A stretch of 50,130 bases of DNA from a virus: the IMG/VR virus record IMGVR_UViG_3300038701_001690, positions 1-50,130 of that record. One strand, 5' to 3'. The notes under the pieces are model-generated. The model was not told the DNA's origin, made no database searches, and saw only the letters and a program-made list of their open reading frames with translations. The translations under genes were made by a program, and so were the position numbers. Positions 15,971-23,203 of the stretch are shown one piece after another (the first letter of the stretch is position 1; the number at the start of each line of letters is the position of its first letter).

Positions 15971-16247
15971 CCGCCCTTAGTAATTCTTTGGCCTTCTTTT
16001 CTGTTTTGGATAACCTGACAAGGCGATTATATGCCTTCTCGTTATTCTTTAAGTACTTGACTATATTGCACCGGCTAACAGCGTTTAAAATGGTTTTGTT
16101 AACTCGCGTCTTTGCCTTACACCAATTACTCACCGTCATTTTGTCCAACTCCAACCACTGAACAACCTCAGCCTGATTAAGAGGATAAATTGCATCTGAG
16201 AACTTTTTTGCATTGTCTTTGAATTCTTCTTTAACCTTTAAACCCAT
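15957..16247 (-). CDS. Putative HTH DNA-binding protein
   Basis: GGAGG SD. LNQAEVVQWLELDKMTVSNWCKAK looks like an HTH. Confidence 0.5.
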   Translation of the reverse strand: MGLKVKEEFKDNAKKFSDAIYPLNQAEVVQWLELDKMTVSNWCKAKTRVNKTILNAVSRCNIVKYLKNNEKAYNRLVRLSKTEKKAKELLRAVDGE

Positions 16248-16422
16248 AAATGACCTCCACTATTAACTTAATTATGTACATGTAAATAAATCCAAAAATA
16301 AAAACTCCAGCGTAAATGAGAAGCTTTTCAAGAAACTTACATCTTAAATTTTCTCTTCTTTCCGTTGCTATTTCACGCTGTTTCTCTTTGCGCTCTAAAT
16401 GTGTTATGATGTCAGCTTTCAT
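16231..16422 (-). CDS. Small protein with C-terminal TM helix
   Basis: ATG at 16422 (ATGA overlap). The track start at 16437 is TTG. Hydrophobic LLIYAGVFIFGFIYMYII. Confidence 0.45.
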   Translation of the reverse strand: MKADIITHLERKEKQREIATERRENLRCKFLEKLLIYAGVFIFGFIYMYIIKLIVEVIYGFKG

Positions 16423-16667
16423 AGTCTGTAATCCCAAAAATCAATCATATCTACTATCCCATTCCCAACTTCATATTTTGTTATGATAAAATCAAAACCT
16501 TCAGGAATAGTCATAGGCCTTAACATCCTACAAAGAGAAATGTCCTTAAACGTGGCGATAATTTCACCGGTATCTTCAGGCGTATCAACTTTTATCATTC
16601 TGACCTGATAAAGAAGCTGACCTTTCTTAAATTCGTCAACGTCAAATAAATATTGTTCGGTAGCCAT
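16419..16667 (-). CDS. Hypothetical protein (82 aa)
   Basis: ORF track. ATG start. Confidence 0.5.
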   Translation of the reverse strand: MATEQYLFDVDEFKKGQLLYQVRMIKVDTPEDTGEIIATFKDISLCRMLRPMTIPEGFDFIITKYEVGNGIVDMIDFWDYRL

Positions 16668-16669
16668 AA

Positions 16670-17026
16670 TTAAACCTCTAACCTCTTTGATTTAACTCCT
16701 TCTAAGAGTTCAGATATTCTACTTTGACCATTTTCAAACCCGTGAGTATATCGAAATCCTTTTAACTTCTGTCCAAGTTTTATAACTGCGTCAACTGGAT
16801 CATTTAAATTGAAACTCTCATAAGTGCACTCTTGATAAAACTGGCCACATGACTCACATTCATCACCGTTCTTATCAACCTTATTAAAGAAAATAAGATA
16901 CCAATCACCCATTGTACCCCTACAATCCAATAAGAAATAAGACCATTTATCCAAATCGATTTCTTCATCAGTTATAACAAACCAATCAAGAGAGTATCTG
17001 AATTTTTTAAGTTTTATTTTATTCAT
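16670..17026 (-). CDS. Hypothetical protein (118 aa)
   Basis: ORF track. ATG start. Confidence 0.5.
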   Translation of the reverse strand: MNKIKLKKFRYSLDWFVITDEEIDLDKWSYFLLDCRGTMGDWYLIFFNKVDKNGDECESCGQFYQECTYESFNLNDPVDAVIKLGQKLKGFRYTHGFENGQSRISELLEGVKSKRLEV

Positions 17027-17028
17027 AA

Positions 17029-17574
17029 CTAAACCTTCAGCCTATAACAAACGCCGGTTAATATGAAATGTCCTTGTTTATTTGAATTGGGGAATTGAAA
17101 AGCCGTGAAACCGCCGTGCTGTTTGATTATATCAATCTGACAGTTCAAATCGCCAATGATGCCGATAAGCTTTTGTTTATGATCATATAGAACATCAACT
17201 TCACTTTTGACTTTATCGGTAAATACCGGATGTTCTTTGCTTGGGGAAAAATCCAACTTGTATTGATTTTCCTCATCTCCTGACAAATGCCTTTCAGCCT
17301 CTTTATTTTCATCGAATGCAACCGGCCTTGGAAAAAGTTTTCCTGAGTTAACGCAGTGTTTATTGTAAGCCTCTTGAATCTTCCTTACATTTTCAACTCT
17401 GAGATATTTCTGTTCTCTATGTTTGCCGTGGAAAATCTTAATAAGTTGAGTTTTGGAAACTCCGACAACTTCAGCCAGCTCCTGAAATGTTCCCCAGTCG
17501 TTTTTCATCCTGAGGCTTTTCACTTGGTCTTGAATTAGGTTGAATAATGTTTCTGTGTTTAAAATTGATTTCAC
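17029..17574 (-). CDS. Putative HTH regulator, first gene after a boxed promoter
   Basis: GTG start with GGAGAAAG SD. N-terminal GTFQELAEVVGVSKTQLIKIFHGK looks like an HTH. Confidence 0.55.
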   Translation of the reverse strand: MKSILNTETLFNLIQDQVKSLRMKNDWGTFQELAEVVGVSKTQLIKIFHGKHREQKYLRVENVRKIQEAYNKHCVNSGKLFPRPVAFDENKEAERHLSGDEENQYKLDFSPSKEHPVFTDKVKSEVDVLYDHKQKLIGIIGDLNCQIDIIKQHGGFTAFQFPNSNKQGHFILTGVCYRLKV

Positions 17575-17597
17575 TTACTTTCTCCGTCATGTTTAAT

Positions 17598-17642
17598 GAA
17601 CTGCAACAATTCTATATTATATTAGTTTTTAATATATTTCAA
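17598..17642 (-). promoter_or_regulatory. Early-class promoter with GCAGTTC box
   Basis: Minus strand: TTGAAA(17637-17642), 17 nt, TAATAT(17614-17619), 9 nt, GCAGTTC(17598-17604). Confidence 0.65.
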
Positions 17643-17663
17643 CTCTATATTTAAAAATAATAC

Positions 17664-17697
17664 AAAAAAATGCCCCGTGCTGTTCAGGCTACGGGGC
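17664..17697 (-). terminator. Rho-independent terminator
   Basis: GCCCCGT(17672-17678) pairs with ACGGGGC(17691-17697). A T7 run follows on the minus strand (A-run 17664-17670). Lies downstream of the gene ending at 17788. Confidence 0.75.
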
Positions 17698-17787
17698 TTG
17701 CAGTTCTACAGAGAAGGGCATTGCACCCATTGTAGATTTTTAATTATAAGTCAATAATGCTATCTTTTCCAGTAGATATTAAAATAA

Positions 17788-17976
17788 TTAATTCCCATAC
17801 TTTTTGCTCAATTCCAAAGTTTCATTTAAATAATCATTCTCCTTTCCTCCAAGAACATCTTCAATAAGCTTAATTGAAGTGTTATGATTCTTGCCATTTT
17901 CATAATTGAGGGATATGGCCAACTTTTTAAGTTGTCTGATGATATAATTTTTATGCTTGCAGTTGACACACATCAT
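17788..17976 (-). CDS. Hypothetical protein (62 aa)
   Basis: ORF track. TAATG overlap with the upstream gene. Confidence 0.45.
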   Translation of the reverse strand: MMCVNCKHKNYIIRQLKKLAISLNYENGKNHNTSIKLIEDVLGGKENDYLNETLELSKKYGN

Positions 17977-18365
17977 TATTTCTCAATCAACCTCAATTCT
18001 TTACTTTTAATATCGATGACATAAAGGTTTATTTTTATCGACTTAATGCGGATCAATAACCGTACCCTATCAATATACTTTTGATCTTTTACGGGATCTT
18101 TCACTATTAAAATCAACCCTGCATGAAGTCCAGTTTTAGCGCTGTAATACAGACATTGACCTATTCCTTCATATGCTTTGTAGGCCCAATCAACCTCGAA
18201 AGCGACACCCTCTGTCAAAATGTCAACTCTGGTTTTATCAGACATGACAACTTCAGTTTTGCCATTGAGTATTTTTGCGCAAATATCCTGATAGTATGCT
18301 TCGTTTTCAGCTTCTACTGATGATATAAACAGTATAAAAAATGCAAACAAATAAATTTTAATCAT
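17976..18365 (-). CDS. Secreted protein with signal peptide
   Basis: ATG at 18365 (GAGG SD) gives MIKIYLFAFFILFISSVEA followed by ENEAYY. The longer track start overlaps the upstream gene. Confidence 0.55.
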   Translation of the reverse strand: MIKIYLFAFFILFISSVEAENEAYYQDICAKILNGKTEVVMSDKTRVDILTEGVAFEVDWAYKAYEGIGQCLYYSAKTGLHAGLILIVKDPVKDQKYIDRVRLLIRIKSIKINLYVIDIKSKELRLIEK

Positions 18366-18367
18366 AA

Positions 18368-18580
18368 TTAAACCTCTATTATTCCTCTTGGAAACCATTC
18401 CATATCAGGGGGATTTGGTGAATATGTAGTGAAGAAAGAACCTTTAAAAATTTCCATGGCTCTATCTCTTCCTCTTCCTGAATTGTCCGCCTTAATTAAA
18501 GCAACACAATCCTTATCAAAAGTTTTTCCATTTATTGAGTGAACATGGACTTGACCAAAAGTTACATATGTATTAACCAT
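18368..18580 (-). CDS. Hypothetical protein (70 aa)
   Basis: ORF track. ATG start. Confidence 0.5.
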   Translation of the reverse strand: MVNTYVTFGQVHVHSINGKTFDKDCVALIKADNSGRGRDRAMEIFKGSFFTTYSPNPPDMEWFPRGIIEV

Positions 18581-18737
18581 TTCTCTTTCCCTTTTTTTCT
18601 TCTCTCCAGTGAATACTTAATTTTGAATGATCCTTAAAAGATCTTGTATAATCATTGCTTAGAAATGATGGCATAAATTCATCGTGAACACTTTTGAAGA
18701 ACTTTTTCATCTTTGGTGTAAATATATCAAAGCTCAT
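18573..18737 (-). CDS. Hypothetical protein (54 aa, below ORF-track cutoff)
   Basis: Hand translation: MSFDIFTPKMKKFFKSVHDEF... GGAGAG SD lies directly after the GCAGTTC box at 18754-18760. Confidence 0.4.
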   Translation of the reverse strand: MSFDIFTPKMKKFFKSVHDEFMPSFLSNDYTRSFKDHSKLSIHWREEKKGKRNG

Positions 18738-18753
18738 TTACTTACTCTCCTTT

Positions 18754-18760
18754 GAACTGC
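18754..18760 (-). promoter_or_regulatory. GCAGTTC box copy
   Basis: Minus strand reads acatGCAGTTCaaaGGAGAGtaagtaaATG. TATAAA lies 7 nt upstream. -35 is weak. Confidence 0.4.
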
Positions 18761-18776
18761 ATGTTTTTTTATATTA

Positions 18777-19122
18777 TCAATCATTCCTATTATGAGTGAT
18801 TTTAGCTTTTACTGATCCTTGGCTACAATTGACACAGAAACAATAAAGCTTCTGGCCTTTTTCAATTATATCCACATCTTCATTTTGGGGTTTATAAAAA
18901 AGATTCTCTCCGCAAGAGCACCTTCTGTTATGTTGCTGATATAATACCTTCCTTGGCTGTGAATGATGCACGATGTTTGGATTCCCATTTAAAGTTGAAG
19001 TCTTTATACGTTTGACCGGTCTGGCAATATGTAAGTATATCACATAGCCACTTTCGAGCAAAATTATATTTCTCTATTTCGCTCATGTCTCGATTTAAAC
19101 AAACTGAATATCTTTTTAACAT
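18777..19122 (-). CDS. Cys-rich protein split over two overlapping frames (possible frameshift or two genes)
   Basis: Frame A (19122-18928) has ATG and GAGG SD. Frame B (to 18777) has no ATG, only TTG at 19061, and carries CSCG...CFCVNC. Confidence 0.3.
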
Positions 19123-19128
19123 GGCCCC

Positions 19129-19749
19129 TTATCCTCTCACTGGCATCAATATAATTTTTCTTTCAGATCCTATAAATTCAATCCTTAGTGGATTCATCAT
19201 AACTGAACTTCTAGAAGAGAATAAATTAAATGTACTGTTTTTTGCTATACACTTTTTAAACTTATCCTTCATAATATTAAATCCATCAAGAATCACATAT
19301 CCATCTTTTTCTTTGATTGATTCTGAATCTATTAAAGAACCATCGTACTTTTCAGTATTTTTAATAACTACAGGAAAGTTTGGCATGTTTAAATTATGAT
19401 CTTCTAATTTTTTCTCTTCAAAATAAGCACCATCATCAAGGTTAGTTTTGCAATAAGCCAATATACGCCCACATGATCCGTACATTATTTTATCTTTAAC
19501 CCAAACAACAGAAAGAGATCTTCTTGTGTAGTCGTTTGATAAAAACATATTAGCCCAATTGTAGTCCGAGGGATCATGCATATAATTTATTAATCTCGTT
19601 GCATGATTTTCCACATCTAATGGAAATTCCACTTCGCTATTAGCCAGTGAATTTATCTCAACCATTAGATCACTGCATTCTCTTTCAATATCATCAGCCC
19701 AAGATTCAATATCTCTGACCATATCTATTATTGCTTTTATTCTTCCCAT
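19129..19749 (-). CDS. Hypothetical protein (206 aa)
   Basis: ATG at 19749 after the upstream TGA at 19752. The track start at 19755 is TTG. Confidence 0.55.
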   Translation of the reverse strand: MGRIKAIIDMVRDIESWADDIERECSDLMVEINSLANSEVEFPLDVENHATRLINYMHDPSDYNWANMFLSNDYTRRSLSVVWVKDKIMYGSCGRILAYCKTNLDDGAYFEEKKLEDHNLNMPNFPVVIKNTEKYDGSLIDSESIKEKDGYVILDGFNIMKDKFKKCIAKNSTFNLFSSRSSVMMNPLRIEFIGSERKIILMPVRG

Positions 19750-19751
19750 GA

Positions 19752-19949
19752 TCAATTTCCCTTTTTATCTGGATGAATGAATTTCTGAGATTGCCCACAC
19801 TCACAGCAAATAAATCCTATGACTTTATAATTTGCATGAAAAATGTTTTTTTGTTCTATTTTTTTAAGATCCCCCTGAAGTATCTCAAGAGTAGAGAAAC
19901 AATTTATACATATTTGTTTTTGAGGAAATGTTGATTTAATTACTTTCAC
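19752..19949 (-). CDS. Zinc-ribbon protein
   Basis: GTG start with GGAGAAAG SD after a GCAGTTC box. CINCFS ... CCECGQ. Confidence 0.5.
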   Translation of the reverse strand: MKVIKSTFPQKQICINCFSTLEILQGDLKKIEQKNIFHANYKVIGFICCECGQSQKFIHPDKKGN

Positions 19950-19972
19950 TTTTACTTTCTCCGTTTGTTTTT

Positions 19973-19979
19973 GAACTGC
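19973..19979 (-). promoter_or_regulatory. GCAGTTC box copy preceded by a hairpin
   Basis: Minus strand reads gacGCAGTTCaaaaacaaacGGAGAAAgtaaaaGTG. The CTTGG/CCAAG hairpin at 19994-20008 lies upstream. Confidence 0.4.
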
Positions 19980-20134
19980 GTCACTAAATACTTCTTGGCT
20001 TTCCCAAGACCGTTACATTTTTATCACCTACAATTAAAGGTTAATACTATTGATATCTATTTTTATCATCACGCCGAATACAAGCGCTAAGTGATTTTTG
20101 TATATATTACTATTTAATAATTTTCAAGTGTTTA

Positions 20135-20242
20135 TTTCCTGTTTTTTTTCTTAATGATTTCTCGCAACTTTTTCATAAATTCTTCGCTTGGTGGTTTCCA
20201 TCGGTGCATATACTTAAGGATTTTCTTACTGTTAGGAGTCAT
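20135..20242 (-). CDS. Possible basic mini-protein (35 aa)
   Basis: Hand translation: MTPNSKKILKYMHRWKPPSEEFMKKLREIIKKKNRK. ATG directly follows the upstream TAA. Confidence 0.3.
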
Positions 20243-20659
20243 TTAAAACGGCAACCCGTCAAGAGTGCCAATGTACGATTGATCTACATTATGAGTTGAT
20301 TCATACTCTTTGTAATCCTCACACGGATTAACTTCTGTAGGCATTCTTTCAATAGTAAAATCCTCATCCATTTGTGCAGGTTCATAATTTTTTATATGTT
20401 TGTCAAACTTATAACAATAAAGGTTTATCTGTTTTTTCTCACAGAAAAAGGCTCTCTTCTCAGCCCAAATTTCAGAACCATCAAAATGCTCACCTAAATA
20501 ATGATTTACCATTTTTGATGATAAATAAGGACACCACCAGCATTGATGTAAGTTATTAGGGTGCTTATTACAGAATTTATTTTCATGCTTTTCACAAGCG
20601 TGTTTTCTTTGATAAAGTTTTCCGCAATGATCACATTTAAATCCTTTGAACTCTTTCAT
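20243..20659 (-). CDS. Zinc-finger protein (C2H2/CxxC-rich)
   Basis: FKCDHCGKLYQRKHACEKHENKFCNKH...CWWCPY. ATGA overlap. Confidence 0.55.
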   Translation of the reverse strand: MKEFKGFKCDHCGKLYQRKHACEKHENKFCNKHPNNLHQCWWCPYLSSKMVNHYLGEHFDGSEIWAEKRAFFCEKKQINLYCYKFDKHIKNYEPAQMDEDFTIERMPTEVNPCEDYKEYESTHNVDQSYIGTLDGLPF

Positions 20660-20859
20660 CTAAACTTCTCCCTCTTAATTATCATCTTCTTAAACTCATC
20701 AACAATATCATCACTTATTTTCTGGCGAAAAATTACAGTTCCGTTTGGCCGGATGACAGCACGATTTTCTCTTGTTGAATACCGTGAACCTTCAACAATC
20801 CAATTTCCAGTTGATCTTGATAACCTTCCTTTGTAATCCATAAACTCTAAATTATTCAT
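20656..20859 (-). CDS. Hypothetical protein (67 aa)
   Basis: ORF track. ATGA overlaps on both sides. Confidence 0.5.
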   Translation of the reverse strand: MNNLEFMDYKGRLSRSTGNWIVEGSRYSTRENRAVIRPNGTVIFRQKISDDIVDEFKKMIIKREKFR

Positions 20860-21122
20860 ACAGTATCCTTAGCTATCTTTAATTGAGAAAATCTAGAAAA
20901 TTTATGCTCAATAGGTTCATCGGGTAAACTTTTTAATTTCATGAATTCAGAAAATATTATTCCAGAAATTTTATACTGATCTTCAGTTGATTCTATTAAT
21001 CCGAGTCTGATATTCCACCACACAGGATTTTTTTCTATTTCTTCTTTTCTGGATTTATCATACTCAAAAGACAGATCAGCCATATCAAGTAAAATTAATT
21101 CTCTTTCTAGATCATCCATCAT
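20856..21122 (-). CDS. Hypothetical protein
   Basis: ATG at 21122. The track start at 21128 is GTG. Overlaps the end of DnaB. Confidence 0.5.
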   Translation of the reverse strand: MMDDLERELILLDMADLSFEYDKSRKEEIEKNPVWWNIRLGLIESTEDQYKISGIIFSEFMKLKSLPDEPIEHKFSRFSQLKIAKDTV

Positions 21123-22389
21123 ATTCACCTGTCACCTCATCATAAAATCTTGTTGTCTTACAATTAAACATAGTCTGAGCTACCCCTGTACGGCCTCCCC
21201 TATTCTTACCAACAATCAACTTTGCTTCAGTTTTATACTCGCCTTCAAACTGCTGTCCAAGATCACGATGAATTAAAATTATATAGTGGGCATCTTGCTC
21301 AATATCACCAGATTCTTTTAAATGACTCACCTTCGGGACTTCATCGCCTGCCCTGTTTATTTGCGCTAGACAACATATATGAATCCCCAAGTCAGTTGCC
21401 ATGTCTGTAAGTATTCCAGAAACAGAGCCAACTTCATTTCTTTTATTTTCATGCTTCCCATCACCTTGTAATTTCTGCAAATAATCTATGAAGAGAACTT
21501 TTAAATTAGGATCTCTATTTTTCATTTGTCGAGCAAGAGCTCTTATGTTAGAGATTTTCCTATCTGTTGTCCTGACAATTTGGATTTTATCGCTTTTGGC
21601 AATTTTAGCTCCCTCTTCTTGAAACCTTCTAAATTTTGGTGCTGGCATATCAGTCTTGAAGTCTTCTATTGAAACACCAGTTCGAACCTGCATAAGCCTT
21701 TCAACACATTCATCTTCTGACATTTCCACTGAAATAAATCCGCATGATAAACCGTAAGATGTCATATTACTCATAATGGTTAAACCTAAAGCAGACTTAC
21801 CAATACTGGGACGAGCTCCGATAACTGACATAGTTTTTGGAGTGAAGCCGTTTATAATCCTATCTAGGGCAAGTATGCCAGTCCTGTGATAGACAGTTTG
21901 ATCATTTTCCGAAATGCGAATAGCACGCTCTGTGACGGCCTTAACAGCATCAGGCAATGTCACGCCCGTTAAAACAGCTGAATTTGATTCTATATATTCG
22001 AGTTCGTTTCTGACGGCGCTTAAATACCTTTCGTGATCTCCCAAATCATCTTGATAACAATTTACTGTCAATTGTCCCAATCCAGAAAGCCTACGCTTGA
22101 CAAAAGATCCATAAGTCAGCTTAACATACTCCTGAAGATTCTCTTTAAATCCTGCGTTTTTCATCAATTCAAGATAAATATTTCTATCAACGTTTTTCTC
22201 TTGCCCCCTGATCAATAGCTCTCTTCTGTCAACCTTTCCAGTTTCGCCATATATCTCAAGACAGTCTTGGAAAACTGAATTTAGATTTTTCGTGCTGAAT
22301 GGTTTTTCAAAGTTTTTGATCAATCCGCAATAGTCAAGCATTTCGGGATATTTCATGATGAGCCCTATTAACTGCATTTCGTGATTCAT
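21112..22389 (-). CDS. dnaB: Replicative DNA helicase, DnaB family
   Basis: Walker A GARPSIGKSALG, Walker B LFIDYLQ, DnaB N-terminal domain. ATGA overlap with the organiser gene. Confidence 0.9.
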   Translation of the reverse strand: MNHEMQLIGLIMKYPEMLDYCGLIKNFEKPFSTKNLNSVFQDCLEIYGETGKVDRRELLIRGQEKNVDRNIYLELMKNAGFKENLQEYVKLTYGSFVKRRLSGLGQLTVNCYQDDLGDHERYLSAVRNELEYIESNSAVLTGVTLPDAVKAVTERAIRISENDQTVYHRTGILALDRIINGFTPKTMSVIGARPSIGKSALGLTIMSNMTSYGLSCGFISVEMSEDECVERLMQVRTGVSIEDFKTDMPAPKFRRFQEEGAKIAKSDKIQIVRTTDRKISNIRALARQMKNRDPNLKVLFIDYLQKLQGDGKHENKRNEVGSVSGILTDMATDLGIHICCLAQINRAGDEVPKVSHLKESGDIEQDAHYIILIHRDLGQQFEGEYKTEAKLIVGKNRGGRTGVAQTMFNCKTTRFYDEVTGEYDG

Positions 22390-23045
22390 GGCCTGTAGCC
22401 CTCCATTGGATCTTTGGTTGATTTGCCAGCGTTATCCATCCACCTCCTAATTTTTCCTGAAAGATTGCTTATAAAATACGGATCTTCTTGCCAGCGCATT
22501 TGATCAGTCATCTCATTGGTTGCTCCCCAGTATTCAACAAAGTTTGCAAACTCGCTCATATCTTTTATTATTTCCCTGAAATATTTTTTTGTGACCTCTT
22601 CAAAATGCTCGCGCTTTCTCTCTCTTTTTTCTTCATTCTTTATATTGTTATCATTATTGGTAGTGGTTAGTCGCTGGTTAGTCGCTGGTTTGTCGTTTGT
22701 TAGTTCGCTGGTTAGTTGCTGGTTAGTATCGTCACACAAATTTTGGTAAGTGTCGTATTTGCATATAGTTATCATGGTTGATTTGCTGGTTGATTTGCTG
22801 GTTAGTTCGCCGGTTGATTTTAGCTTACTGATACAAGTTCTTATATTTTGCTGACTTAATCCAGTCTCAGTAGATAGGGATTCTCTTGAGGTTAAAAAAC
22901 TCCCTCTTTTGATGATAGTTCCACGCCATTTCTTATCTTTATGATTAGCTTTTAGTAGACAATGTATAAAAAGCCTTGAGGTGTTTGGGCATTCGTACCA
23001 TTCCCATTCTAAAAATGAGCGGTGTAATTGAATCCATCCTTGCAT
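22386..23045 (-). CDS. Replisome organiser / replication initiator (winged-helix N-terminal domain)
   Basis: GWIQLHRSFLEWEWY...LFIHCLLKANH...GSFLTSRESLSTETGLSQQNIRTCISKLK. Contains DNA iterons. Lies upstream of dnaB. Confidence 0.7.
   Translation of the reverse strand: MQGWIQLHRSFLEWEWYECPNTSRLFIHCLLKANHKDKKWRGTIIKRGSFLTSRESLSTETGLSQQNIRTCISKLKSTGELTSKSTSKSTMITICKYDTYQNLCDDTNQQLTSELTNDKPATNQRLTTTNNDNNIKNEEKRERKREHFEEVTKKYFREIIKDMSEFANFVEYWGATNEMTDQMRWQEDPYFISNLSGKIRRWMDNAGKSTKDPMEGYRP
22665..22823. repeat. Iteron arrays (putative origin of replication) inside the organiser gene
   Basis: GGTTAGTCGCT x2 plus 4 degenerate units (22665-22731). GGTTGATTTGCT x2 plus 2 degenerate units (22776-23823 read as 22776-22823). 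An AT-rich spacer lies between them. Confidence 0.65.
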
Positions 23046-23170
23046 AATTATCTTCCTTTGCTCTTACTGCTCTTTTAAAAGGGTGAGGGGAATAGGTGAG
23101 CAAAGTTACCTATCGCTTTCGCCAGTGGCAGACCGCTAAATCTGTTATTCCAAAGCCCCATCATTGGGTG

Positions 23171-23203
23171 ACTATACTATACAAAAGATTAAAGAAAAAT
23201 CAA
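23171..23203 (-). promoter_or_regulatory. Sigma70-like promoter for the replication operon (no GCAGTTC box)
   Basis: Minus strand: TTGATT(23198-23203), 16 nt, TATAGT(23176-23181; a second overlapping TATAGT at 23171-23176). Confidence 0.5.

Noticed and set aside
17660-17760. tRNA or tmRNA-like gene in the GC-richer intergenic stretch (also considered for 23046-23199)
   Set aside because: No T-loop (GTTCRANNC), no acceptor-stem pairing and no cloverleaf could be drawn. The region is explained by a terminator hairpin plus flanks.
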